The notes under the pieces were generated by a model, which ran no database searches, was not told the DNA's origin, and worked only from the letters and a program-made list of their open reading frames with translations. 64,000 nucleotides of DNA, taken from the NCBI GenBank assembly GCA_963796275.1, contig CAWCKY010000004.1:1184001-1248000 (forward strand), read 5' to 3'. This document shows, piece by piece, positions 34,283 to 48,365 of this stretch (positions are counted from its first letter, which is position 1; each line of letters starts with the position of its first letter). The stretch is from an uncultured Acidobacteriota bacterium. GTDB taxonomy: Bacteria; Acidobacteriota; Blastocatellia; RBC074. The translations under genes were made by a program, and so were the position numbers.

Positions 34283-35073
34283 TTAGAGCATACGCAGGTG
34301 AAACCCGCCATCAACATTGATGACCTCGCCCGTCGAAAACGGCAGGTCTCCGCGCGCGATGGCTGCCACCGCGCGTCCCACATCCTCGGGCTGACCCCAT
34401 CGCTTGATCGGCCAGGCGCCCTGTTCGACGAGCCTGTCGTACTTTTCTTTTACACCTGCGGTCATATCCGTGGCGATAATACCGGGCCGCACTTCATAAA
34501 CATTGATTCCATACTCGGCCAGCCGCGCCGCGAAGAGCGCCGTCATCATCGACAATCCCGCTTTCGAGATACAGTAATCTCCGCGATTCGTAGAAGCCGT
34601 ATAGGCCGAAACCGAAGAGATCGTGATGATGCGGGGAGGGCCAAAAAAACCCACGTCTCCGTTTCTCATCTGCTCGATCATCTGCTTCGCCACCAGTTGA
34701 GTTAAAAAATACGGGCCTTTCAGGTTGATGCCGATGAGGCGGTCGAACGATTCCTCGCTCGCCTCCAGCAAATCAGCGCGCACCTGAGGAGCCACTCCCG
34801 CATTGTTGACAAGGAGATCGATATGCCCGTAGTTGCTTAAAACGCTCTGCACGAGCATCGCTCGGTCCGAAGACGAAGAGATATCGGCTCGGATCGTGAT
34901 GCCGTCGCCTCCCGCTTCGCGCACCAGCCGTAGGCATTCATCGGCCGCGCTCGAATTACCGGCATAATTGATGATGACCGCATGCCCCAGCTTCGCCAGT
35001 TCGAGGGCAACACCTCGTCCGATGCCGCGGCCAGCCCCGTCACTAATGAAACCGGTTTACTGCTCACTGTCAT
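34283..35073 (-). CDS. SDR oxidoreductase (3-ketoacyl-ACP reductase-like), apparent 1-nt deletion at 35035-35038
   Basis: Adding one G restores VTGAGRGIG; NNAG, YCISK (YxxxK), VDGG. Confidence 0.9.
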
Positions 35074-36458
35074 TTTCCTTCACTGATGCAGATCAGATGC
35101 GTCTTGCTGCGCAGAACCAGATCGCCGTCCGCAATGATCGGCGATGAGATGAACATCTGATCTTCGAAAGTATTGGTCGCCACCGTCTCAAACTGCTCGC
35201 CCATCTTTACGACAGTCACCACGCCGCTTTCGCTGGCCAGATAGAGCTTGTCGCCTGCGCCCACCGGCGAAGCCTTGAAACTGTCCGCCTGCGGGAGACG
35301 CTTCTGCTGATAATAAGGCACTCCCGTCGTGGCGTTATAACAACTGAGCGTACCGTTGTCTGTGAGCGTGTAATACTTATTGTCGTTAAGCAACGGCGAT
35401 GGCGTATATGATGTGCCGCGCGTATGGCTCCATAAAACGGCGTCAGTCCCTGTCAGATCGCCTTCACGCCCCAGGCGAACTGCCATCAGCTTCGGTTCGC
35501 GGTGGCCGCTCATAACCAGCACCGTGTCGTTGTGTTGGATCGGTTGTGGTATGACATTGCTGCCCAGTCCCGCGCACTCCCAGATAACTTTTCCATCTTC
35601 GGGATTGTATGCCCGCACTTTTTTGCTCGCGCTGATGATGACCTGCTTTTTCCCCTTGTGATCTATCACCAGCGGAGTAGCCCACGAGCTCAGCTCATCG
35701 CGTTTGACGCGCCATACCTCCTTGCCATTGCGTTTGTCGAGTGCGATAGCGAACGAATCGGTCTCCTGATCGAAGTTGTGGATGAGCAGATTGTTATAAA
35801 GCGCCGGAGCTGACCCTTCGCCGAATTGCAGTCGCATACGCAACTGAACGCCAATATCCTTTTTCCAGATAAGCTTCCCATTCAAGTCGTAACAGTAAAT
35901 TCCACGCGATCCGAAAGAGGCATAAAGGAATTTTCCGTCCGTCACCGGCGAATATGAAGCGAAGCTGCCGTAGGTTCGATGATACCCCTCGTGCGGCGTG
36001 GCGACTGTGGCGACGCGTTCCCATATTACTTTACCGGTCTTGCGATCGAGGCACATGACGATGAATTTTTGCTCCTCGTCAGAACCAGCGCCGCTGTTAG
36101 GATTCCCGCGACGTCCTTGCCGCCGCTCGCCCCCTTGTGCTCCCGCTTGTCCAGCCGATCCTTCCGAATCGGTAGTTTCAGCATTCGCGACCTTGCCGGT
36201 TGGGACCGCCGTCGTCAGATAGATCCGATCTTCCCAGATCACCGGTGTCGAAAACCCTCGCCCCGGGATATCGACTTTCCATCTGACATTCTTGGCGTCG
36301 CCAAATTCGACCGGCGCACTGGAACGCGCCATCCCGGTGAAGAATGGGCCGCGCCATTGCGGCCAATGTGCGGGATCAATCTTTGAAGAGCTGGCGACTA
36401 ATTTGCTTCCTGCAAGCGCCAAGGCAAACATCACAACAATGACAAACGATCTTCTCAT
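35070..36458 (-). CDS. PQQ-binding-like beta-propeller protein
   Basis: WPQWRGP, W....PG.GFSTPV, repeated D..G...W motifs; signal peptide. Confidence 0.88.
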   Translation of the reverse strand: MRRSFVIVVMFALALAGSKLVASSSKIDPAHWPQWRGPFFTGMARSSAPVEFGDAKNVRWKVDIPGRGFSTPVIWEDRIYLTTAVPTGKVANAETTDSEGSAGQAGAQGGERRQGRRGNPNSGAGSDEEQKFIVMCLDRKTGKVIWERVATVATPHEGYHRTYGSFASYSPVTDGKFLYASFGSRGIYCYDLNGKLIWKKDIGVQLRMRLQFGEGSAPALYNNLLIHNFDQETDSFAIALDKRNGKEVWRVKRDELSSWATPLVIDHKGKKQVIISASKKVRAYNPEDGKVIWECAGLGSNVIPQPIQHNDTVLVMSGHREPKLMAVRLGREGDLTGTDAVLWSHTRGTSYTPSPLLNDNKYYTLTDNGTLSCYNATTGVPYYQQKRLPQADSFKASPVGAGDKLYLASESGVVTVVKMGEQFETVATNTFEDQMFISSPIIADGDLVLRSKTHLICISEGK

Positions 36459-36805
36459 TTCTAGGGTCTCCCTGGAATATACCGCCAACAGAACGCGGCG
36501 GAAATTAAGAATACAGCCTATCAAGTAGGGGCTGTTATATCAAAATACCGTAAAAAATGGTGGACGGATTCAAGAAAATGAGATGAAGTTGGATTGGAGG
36601 GGCGGAGTGAGGGAAATCAAAAGGCAAAAGTGGGGAAGTTACGCCACATTCAACCGTGGAAGGCCGTTTATCGGGTTGGAAAGAGTCTACGCTAAACGAA
36701 AATAAACTAAACCAACGAAAAATCGCCGTTATTTTTGTTTTTTCATGTTCATTTTTGCGAGCGCTCCCCTCACCTTTGCCTATTGTTTTTGGCCTACTCC
36801 CCGAT

Positions 36806-37867
36806 CTACGGTTTAGCCTCATAGATTAAATTGAACGGCGTTTCCGTCGCTCTACGGAAGCGTTTGAAACCGCCCGAGGTAACGACTTCGCGCATTCGCG
36901 CCTCGCCTGCCTGCGCTCCCAATGCCAGTCCGACTTCCTGTGAGAGGGAAGCGGGAGTGCAGATCAGCGTCGAGGCGGAATAGAAAGCCCGTCCTATCGA
37001 ATTCAGGTTGTCCTTGACCTGATCGTGAGCGAATGGCTCAACAATCATCCACGTGCCGTCAGGCGCCAGCGATCCTCGGACGTGAGCCGCCGCGCCCGAC
37101 GGATCGCCCATATCGTGAAGACAATCGAAGAAAGTGACAAAATCGTAGCCGGTTCCGGGATAATCTTTCGCTTTTGCGACCTCAAATTTCACCCGATTGG
37201 CGACGCCCCCCTCGCTGGCTCTCTTACGCGCCGTCTCGATGGACTCGTCGTGATAATCGAATCCGATGAAAGTCGACTCGGGGAATGCCTGAGCCATCAG
37301 GATCGTCGAAGTGCCGAGCCCACAGCCGACATCGGCTACTTTCGCGCCCGTTTTGAGTTTTGCCTCAACCCCGTCCAGCGCGGGAATCCACGAGTTCACC
37401 AGGTAGGCCGCATACCCTGGGCGGAAGAAGAGCTCGGTCCCGCGAAAAAGACGGCGGTAATGTTAATGCCATCCTAACCCTTCGCCGGTACGAAACCTTT
37501 CCGTAAGCTTGGGCACAGCTCCAAGCGCTGCTACAGCCACGAGAAAAGCTCCCGGTATATATGCCGGGCTCATCTCATCTCCCAAAGCGAACGCTTGCTC
37601 TTCGGAAAGATAGTAGCGCTGAGTATCAGAGTCATATTCGATGTAGCCGCCTGCCGCCTGGGCACAGAGCCACTCGCGAATGTAACGTTCGTTTGTGCCA
37701 GTGAGCTGCGCCAACTCGGCTGATGAGAGGTGCCTTCCGGCATCGGCCATTGCTTTGTAAAGACCGAGACTCTCTCCAATAACCACCAGGCCGGCGTGAA
37801 AGGTAGCGCCGAAATCAGAGATAAACTTACCCATCAATTGATTTAACTTCTCTTCGTTTATGGCCAT
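36806..37867 (-). CDS. SAM-dependent methyltransferase with N-terminal wHTH, interrupted by an in-frame TAA at 37463-37465
   Basis: MAINEEKL...GLYKAM...ERYIREWL...GEGLGWH*HYRRLFRGTELFFRPGY...DVGCGLG...FFDCLHDMGDP...LGAQAG, all in one frame. Confidence 0.9.
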
Positions 37868-37926
37868 GATAAAACTCCTTAAAATATAGTCGGGAGTGTC
37901 GCCTTCAGCAAAAAGCAGGCCGCCGA

Positions 37927-39696
37927 CTAATTGATTTGCTCTATCACCGATGGCGTTCCACCAAGTCTGGCTATCATATGCTCGGCTCTCCATTCGGCCA
38001 GCGCCGAAATAGTCATAAATGGATTGACGCCGAGCGAGGTGGGTATGGTCGAACCGTCGGTGATATATACGCCGTCGTGCAGGTTTCCCAGAGCATCGTA
38101 AACTTGTCCGAAATGGTTGACGACGCCCGTCGTCTGGCTATCGCTCATCACGCAGCCTCCCAACGGATGCGCGGTAACCAGCGTCTTGAATGGCGTGAAC
38201 CCCCAGAGCGGGTTATTTATGTAAGTCCCCCCCAAAGCCTCGGTGTGCTGCAGTAGCCCGGTGTTCATCTGCTCGAAGATGGCTTGCTTACCAACACCGG
38301 GCCATTTTATACGCGCTTCGTCGGTGAGCGGATCTAGTTCGATCACTCCCCCGTGATCGTCGTGCCCATTTACCAGATAAGCGAGCGAGTGATTGCCGGC
38401 GCCTTTCTCCAGGTCGGAACTTCCGACCAGGTCTAGCAGCCGCCTCCCCGCCTCCGAGATGTTATCGAAGAAATTGTTCGGATCAGTATCCTTGCCTATC
38501 ATAAAAGCCAGAGCGGTCCGCACCGCATTGACGTACATCAGCGGTAGCGAAAATTCTTCGGCTTTGTATCGCTCACGCAGCGGTTTATGAGTATTGTATC
38601 TGACCCTGGAGACGATGGATGGTCCCGGGTGAAGCAATTGTCCGGGGCCGGGCTGCAACCGGCGGGCGCGATCGCTGTCGGGATGAGCGCCCCATCCCAG
38701 CGCATCAGTGCGAAGATCGGTGTTGTACGCGAGTGCGAAGAAATCTCCGTTACCGCCGAAGCCTACGCCCAGGCTATCGGGCAAGCTGAGCCCTGCGCGC
38801 CGCGAACGCAACATGATGCCGTTGGAGCCGAGCGTGCCGGCGGCGACAACGACCAGGCGTTTGGCATTAAGTGTTCCGGCTTCCTCCTTTCCGAACGAAC
38901 TCTCGCGCCGCAAATAATGGATCGAATAACCGCCATTCGCATCAGGGGTGAGATGCCGGACCTCAACCTGAGTGAAGATATCCACGCCTCCCCAATTGGC
39001 GATCGCCAGGTAATTGGTATCCAGCGTGTTTTTGGCGCCGACATTGCAACCGCTCGCGCAGTCACCGCAATTGATGCATCTGCGCTGCTGAACCCCCCAG
39101 TTGTTAAGTCCGTCGAATTGAAAATTTACCGTAATATCGTGAAGATCGAACTGCGCGCCGGTGACTCCCTGCGCGCCCCTCTGTAGGGCTTTGGCTTTAC
39201 TGAGCTGCATCCCATTCGGATGTTTGGCGGCAAATAGCGTCGCGTGTGCGCGATCGTAGTACGGCGCGAGCTGACTGTTTTGACTGAGTGTGCGAACAGC
39301 ATCTGGCCAGGGCGATTGTTCGAAGACCTCGCTGTCCGGTCGAATGGCGCAATTGGCGTTAACCAGCGATGTGCCGCCGAGGCCCGATCCGGCGAGCACG
39401 CCGATGTCTGCGCCGAAAGTGTTGTCGTAGAGCCCAAGCGAATTGAACGGGGATCGCGTCTCGTGAAGCCCGCGTTCCAGATTATCCGGGAATTGTCCCG
39501 GGAGCCATTCTTTACCACGCTCGAGCAGTACAATCGACGGTTTTTCATTAGCGGGCCACTGAGCAGTCGCGAGTCGCGCAGCGATAACCGCCCCGCCGTA
39601 CCCGGAGCCGATGATGACCACATCATAGCCATCCGGACGTCTTTGATTCCAATCTTTTGCCAAGGGAGTTCTGTTGACGGTATACATTTGAGGCAT
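37927..39696 (-). CDS. GMC oxidoreductase, cholesterol-oxidase-like
   Basis: IGSGYGG, LLERG, GLGGTSLVNAN, CINCGDCASGC, HPLGGC, GVNPFMTI. Confidence 0.9.
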   Translation of the reverse strand: MPQMYTVNRTPLAKDWNQRRPDGYDVVIIGSGYGGAVIAARLATAQWPANEKPSIVLLERGKEWLPGQFPDNLERGLHETRSPFNSLGLYDNTFGADIGVLAGSGLGGTSLVNANCAIRPDSEVFEQSPWPDAVRTLSQNSQLAPYYDRAHATLFAAKHPNGMQLSKAKALQRGAQGVTGAQFDLHDITVNFQFDGLNNWGVQQRRCINCGDCASGCNVGAKNTLDTNYLAIANWGGVDIFTQVEVRHLTPDANGGYSIHYLRRESSFGKEEAGTLNAKRLVVVAAGTLGSNGIMLRSRRAGLSLPDSLGVGFGGNGDFFALAYNTDLRTDALGWGAHPDSDRARRLQPGPGQLLHPGPSIVSRVRYNTHKPLRERYKAEEFSLPLMYVNAVRTALAFMIGKDTDPNNFFDNISEAGRRLLDLVGSSDLEKGAGNHSLAYLVNGHDDHGGVIELDPLTDEARIKWPGVGKQAIFEQMNTGLLQHTEALGGTYINNPLWGFTPFKTLVTAHPLGGCVMSDSQTTGVVNHFGQVYDALGNLHDGVYITDGSTIPTSLGVNPFMTISALAEWRAEHMIARLGGTPSVIEQIN

Positions 39697-39878
39697 GTCA
39701 GGCTTCTCCAATCGTTGGGAAATTAGATATTTTCGAGCTGAGCGGCCGTGTTTATGGCTGAGGCAGTCTATTCCCCCTCGTTGAGAGATGCAAGAGAAGA
39801 CTTTGAGGCGGTTGGAGAAGGAGAGAACCCCAATGGTTATAGGCCATATGCCCGCTTTCGTCTCCTCTACTGTAGCCT

Positions 39879-40430
39879 TCAGAACTCCGCTTCAAGTATC
39901 TCATCACAGACATCGGCCATCGTGCAGCGGGCGCAACGCGTTGGCTGATTGTGACTGCGGCGAGCGCTTCCTTTAATCAGGAGTTTTCTCATTCGGTCAA
40001 CTACATCGATAAGTCTCACGCGCAGCTCATCTGAATTGTCGACCTGTAGCGTTCGGTCACGGTATCGAATCAGACCGTAGGGCGGAATGCAATCGAGGGC
40101 ATCTTCGACCAGAAGAAAATAGGCCGCCAACTGCATGAGATGAGAATCGTACGGCTCGCCTCCGGCCGGCGCATAACTCGATTTAACCTCGACCGGGATG
40201 AGATTGCCGCTACGATCCTTCAGCAAATAATCGGGCTTGCCGCGAATGTTTAGTTGTTTTGCGTGCAACACATCCCGACCCAGCCCGGAGGTATCGTCAT
40301 AAATCAAATCTCCTGCCGGTAACCCGCCTCGCCTCCTGATATAACGTGAAAGCCCGAGCAACAGGGTCCCCAAGCCAAAGAGAAGAAAAATAGCTAAAAA
40401 AAGTTTCGCCTCGATGTTCATCAAAGTCAT
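39879..40430 (-). CDS. Cas4-like PD-(D/E)XK nuclease, C-terminal part, with an N-terminal TM helix
   Basis: TM aa ~10-28, GKPDY, PVEVKS, QLAAY, C-terminal CARCTMADVC. Confidence 0.85.
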   Translation of the reverse strand: MTLMNIEAKLFLAIFLLFGLGTLLLGLSRYIRRRGGLPAGDLIYDDTSGLGRDVLHAKQLNIRGKPDYLLKDRSGNLIPVEVKSSYAPAGGEPYDSHLMQLAAYFLLVEDALDCIPPYGLIRYRDRTLQVDNSDELRVRLIDVVDRMRKLLIKGSARRSHNQPTRCARCTMADVCDEILEAEF

Positions 40431-40708
40431 TCAGCGCTCCCGAATAATTGGGAGAAAATGATCAAAATCAGAAGCAGCATCAATGCGGTGAGTGCGAGCG
40501 ACTTCCCTATTCGATCCAGACGTTCGGCGAGTGAAATTCCGGCACCGTGCTTGTGATGAAATACAATGCCTTCATCCAAAGACTCAGACTGCGACTCGGC
40601 GCCGCAGCGCTGGAGGTGCCACGCTTTTGCGCAGTAAACGAATGCGCCGATCTCTGATGCCGTAATGATCGGGTGCCGCTCTATATCTCGCATTTTCTTT
40701 CTCTCCAT
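40427..40708 (-). CDS. Cas4-like N-terminal fragment with a C-terminal TM helix
   Basis: ITASEIGAFVYCAKAW (first staple Cys) and EGIVFH (G..H motif), then a hydrophobic tail; ATGA overlap with the next gene. Confidence 0.75.
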   Translation of the reverse strand: MERKKMRDIERHPIITASEIGAFVYCAKAWHLQRCGAESQSESLDEGIVFHHKHGAGISLAERLDRIGKSLALTALMLLLILIIFSQLFGSAE

Positions 40709-40800
40709 TTTCTTTCTCTGTTGAATGTGTTTCTATATAGGGTTATTTCCATCAAGCAGATAGAGGAGTCGATGCTCGGAAAAACTGAGGGTTTCCCGTA

Positions 40801-40858
40801 TTCAGTTTTCAGTCGCCGATCGAGCCCCCGCTGAAAACTAAGCCTGAAAACTGAAAAC
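40801..40858. repeat. Inverted heptamer element (CAGTTTT / AAAACTG)
   Basis: ttcagttttcag ... ctgaaaactaagcctgaaaactgaaaac. Confidence 0.75.
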
Positions 40859-40881
40859 AATTCCCGAGGAAAAATCAACAT

Positions 40882-41436
40882 ATGGTAACTGACAGCCAGC
40901 TCGCGCAAATAATGCCAAAACTACCGGTTGAAAAACGTGCCCTCTACATACCATTCCTGAATAAGGCGATGGATACTTATGAAATCAATAATCGCTTGCG
41001 TAAAGCGGCATTTCTGGCGCAGGTAGCCCATGAATCAGGCGAACTCAGATACCTGGAAGAGATCTGGGTGCCGACCGAGGCGCAGACACTTTACGAACCG
41101 GAGAGCGAGCTGGCAAGGATTCTGGGCAATACTGAACCGGGTGATGGTCAAAGATTCAAGGGACGCGGCGCAATTCAGATCACCGGGCGGTCCAATTATG
41201 CAAAATACGGTGAGATGTTGGGCATCGACCTGATAACCAACCCGGCGATCGCCACGACGCCGCAGATCGCAGTGTCAACGGCCGCCGCATTCTGGCAGAC
41301 GAATGGCTTGAATGAGCTGGCAGATATCGAAGATTTCGGGGAGATTACCAGGATCATCAATGGCGGTCTGAATGGATATGAAGAGCGTTGTAAATACTAC
41401 CAACGCGCGATGGATGTATTCGGGAACAGGGGTTGA
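40882..41436 (+). CDS. GH19 lysozyme/chitinase-family protein (endolysin-like)
   Basis: AAFLAQVAHESG, GNTEPGDG.RFKGRGAIQITGRSNY, INGG.NG; no signal peptide. Confidence 0.92.
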   Translation: MVTDSQLAQIMPKLPVEKRALYIPFLNKAMDTYEINNRLRKAAFLAQVAHESGELRYLEEIWVPTEAQTLYEPESELARILGNTEPGDGQRFKGRGAIQITGRSNYAKYGEMLGIDLITNPAIATTPQIAVSTAAAFWQTNGLNELADIEDFGEITRIINGGLNGYEERCKYYQRAMDVFGNRG

Positions 41437-41524
41437 TCTCGTGTGTCCGAGGCTGGAGGCACCAGATCGGACTCCGGAAACCAATTTCCCGAACTCGGAT
41501 ATCCCCGAATCCGAACAATTTTGA

Positions 41525-43207
<1,683 letters not shown>

Positions 43208-43448
43208 ATGCAAGAATTTTAGGAAGTGATTTTTTGCGCAGACGCGAAGAAGTGTAAGACAGAAGAAAATTTGAAATTTTAGATTTGAAATTTTATATTT
43301 TAGATTTTAGGAGATAAACATAAAACCCAAAGCTTTTCGGTTTTCGCCGGACACGCAACGGAAGTTAGCCAGCCGTGAAAGCGTCACTCGTATCGACATA
43401 ACTCAATTCCCCGATGGCAGAGTTTATGAATAATGATCGGCATCTGCT

Positions 43449-43693
43449 AGCTCGGTTTTACCGGGCTTTCCCGCAGGGCCACTAGACCAGCCGTTTGACG
43501 GCTGGTAGCTCGCAGGATGCATCCTTAGCCCGTTTCAACGGGCTTGTTCCTCAGGCTTTAGCCATCTCTAGGTCACTGGGCTTAAGCCAGAACAGTAAGA
43601 ACGCTAAAGCGCCCTCAGAATCACGCTGCCCGAAACACCAGTCCTCAAAGGACTGGACTAATTGCCCTGCGGGAAAGCCGGATGAATCCGGCT
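43449..43693. mobile_element. REP-doublet/REPIN-like non-autonomous palindromic element
   Basis: ~57-bp inverted terminal units (43449-43506, 43637-43693), each made of small hairpins; internal hairpins gcccgtttcaacgggc and ggctttagcc. Confidence 0.6.
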
Positions 43694-44039
43694 GAGGGGA
43701 TGCAATCATTATTTACCTCCTACCGTTTGGTGGGATTGCGAAATCCCGGATTTGTTTATTATTGACTTCCTGCGTTAAACCCTTGTCAGAACCGATCAGA
43801 TCCTTTCACAGGAGACACGTTATCCTCGTCACTTAGCGACGGCGTGAATGGAAACTCGCGGTAAACACGGTGGATTGCCCAGGTCGCAGACGACACTGGG
43901 GTTTCCGGCTCTCACTCAACCGGTCCCTACAGTACCCGATGTATTTGCGTCTCCCCCAATTAACCGGATTTTCAGGGTTTGCAGGATCGGAGTAAATCCT
44001 GAATAATTCTATGACCCGATCTATTTCCGAGGAGGTAAG

Positions 44040-44858
44040 ATGAGCAGAGCTTCACTGTCTTTTGTCTTATCGATAGTATCTTTGACATTTTCATTGAGCC
44101 TTTCCGCGATCGCACAAACACAGCCTGAGGTGTGGGAGTATAAATTTGCCAGGTTGTGTAAGCAGAATGTTGATGCAGAACTGAATAAATATGGCGAGCA
44201 AGGATGGGAGTTGGTATCCGTTCCAGTGCTATCTGGCGATTGCACGTACTCATACTTCAAACGCCCCAAAAAACAGATATTCACCCCAACACCACCTGCA
44301 CTTGCCAGTCCGCTCACTTGCAACATGACGCCAGCGCAGGCTCCGGTCATTCGCGGTATTCGACTTGGAATGAGTACAGATGAACTATTCGTTCTATTCC
44401 CGAGGAGCAAAGAACAATCCGAGATCATAAATGCACTCAGTTATGCAGAGAGAGACTATGGAGTAGTCTCACTAAATTTTAGATTAGATAAATATCCGGA
44501 AAACAAAGTGATGTTCAGCAACAACATCTACAACTATAACATCGTGTTATTTGATGACCGCGTCGAAAAATTTGATGTGAACTATTCTTTCCCAACTCGG
44601 GATAACAGATATCATGATTGGACATATACAACCTGGATTCCCAAACTTTCGGAAACGTATGACCTGCCTATACTAGAGGATTGGACAGGTTCGGGTCGCA
44701 ACTTTGCGAATATAACTTGCCAAGGTTTTCGAATGATTGTTACTGCTGGCATCAACGACACCACATCGATATCCATAATCGGTCCCCCTTACGAGGAAAA
44801 AATCAAGCAGCGACGAGAAGCGGCATCCGAGAAACTGCGGAGTGAATTTAAACCTTAG
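44040..44858 (+). CDS. Exported hypothetical protein with a DUF4177-like N-terminal segment
   Basis: GGAGG RBS, signal peptide, WEYK...LNKYGEQGWELVSV...YFKRP; visibly AT-richer than neighbours. Confidence 0.7.
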   Translation: MSRASLSFVLSIVSLTFSLSLSAIAQTQPEVWEYKFARLCKQNVDAELNKYGEQGWELVSVPVLSGDCTYSYFKRPKKQIFTPTPPALASPLTCNMTPAQAPVIRGIRLGMSTDELFVLFPRSKEQSEIINALSYAERDYGVVSLNFRLDKYPENKVMFSNNIYNYNIVLFDDRVEKFDVNYSFPTRDNRYHDWTYTTWIPKLSETYDLPILEDWTGSGRNFANITCQGFRMIVTAGINDTTSISIIGPPYEEKIKQRREAASEKLRSEFKP

Positions 44859-44942
44859 AATATTCTTGGAAAGTTTTCGCGGGCGCATCGTTCTTTGAGA
44901 AAAAACCACAAGATTGAGAGACACATAAAGTCACCACGGGGA

Positions 44943-45027
44943 ATGGATAATTGATGATGGATAATTGATAATTCGTATGTACTGAGGCAACAATTTATAC
45001 GAATTATCAATTATCCATTATCCATTT
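44943..45027. repeat. Inverted heptamer element with a conserved core
   Basis: atggataattgataattcgtat...atacgaattatcaattatccat; core shared with 50805-50906. Confidence 0.85.
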
Positions 45028-45055
45028 TGAAACATCTCTTAGAATTGATTTTGAA

Positions 45056-45886
45056 ATGACGATTACCGATTTTCAGAACAGACAGAAAGCGGGCGATCTC
45101 TTCCTGATTGCAGGCCCGTGTGTGATCGAATCCGAGGATCACGCGCTTACGATGGCCCGTGAGATTACGCGCATCGCATCCCGGCTCGATCTGCCTTACA
45201 TCTTCAAGGCTTCATACGACAAGGCCAATCGCTCGTCCGCGCGATCATTCCGCGGCCTCGGAATGGATGAAGGGCTGCGCATCCTGCAACGCGTGAAAGA
45301 TGAATTCGACGTCCCGGTTCTCACCGACGTCCACGAATCTCACCAGGTTGCCGCGGCTGCCGAGGTCGCTGACGTCCTGCAAATTCCCGCGTTTCTTTGC
45401 CGTCAAACCGATCTGCTGCAAGCGGCCGCCGCCAGCGGGCGGGTGGTCAACGTCAAGAAAGGCCAATTCCTCTCACCCTGGGAGATCGGCAATATTATCG
45501 CAAAGCTTGAGGCCGCGGGCGGGCGCGGGATGATGATCACCGAGCGCGGGACGAGTTTCGGTTATAACAACCTCGTGGTAGACATGCGTTCGTTCCCGAT
45601 CATGCGGCGGTTCGGTCATCCGGTCGTTTTCGATGTCACACACAGCATGCAATTGCCGGGCGCGCTGGGGGATGCGACCGGAGGACAATCTGAATTTATC
45701 GAACATCTGGCGCGCGCGGGCGTCGCTTGTGGAATCGATGGGCTCTTTATGGAAGTCCATGATAATCCGGCGGAAGCATTGAGCGATGCCGCGACTCAAT
45801 TCGCGCTCGACAAGCTGGAGCAACTGCTCGAGACGTTGCTCAATATCCACAAACTCGTCCGAATGGATGTCAGAGTTCTGCAGTGA
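45056..45886 (+). CDS. kdsA: KDO 8-phosphate synthase
   Basis: [52 protein letters not shown]. Confidence 0.98.
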   Translation: MTITDFQNRQKAGDLFLIAGPCVIESEDHALTMAREITRIASRLDLPYIFKASYDKANRSSARSFRGLGMDEGLRILQRVKDEFDVPVLTDVHESHQVAAAAEVADVLQIPAFLCRQTDLLQAAAASGRVVNVKKGQFLSPWEIGNIIAKLEAAGGRGMMITERGTSFGYNNLVVDMRSFPIMRRFGHPVVFDVTHSMQLPGALGDATGGQSEFIEHLARAGVACGIDGLFMEVHDNPAEALSDAATQFALDKLEQLLETLLNIHKLVRMDVRVLQ

Positions 45887-45893
45887 GCACGAG

Positions 45894-48299
<2,406 letters not shown>

Positions 48300-48365
48300 C
48301 GCCGACGACAGGTGTCAGGAGTACGATTCTATTAATCAGCTTGATGAAATTTACTTTCCCCGAAT

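Noticed and set aside
40882-41436. Prophage lysis cassette
   Set aside because: No holin, spanin, structural or integrase genes nearby.
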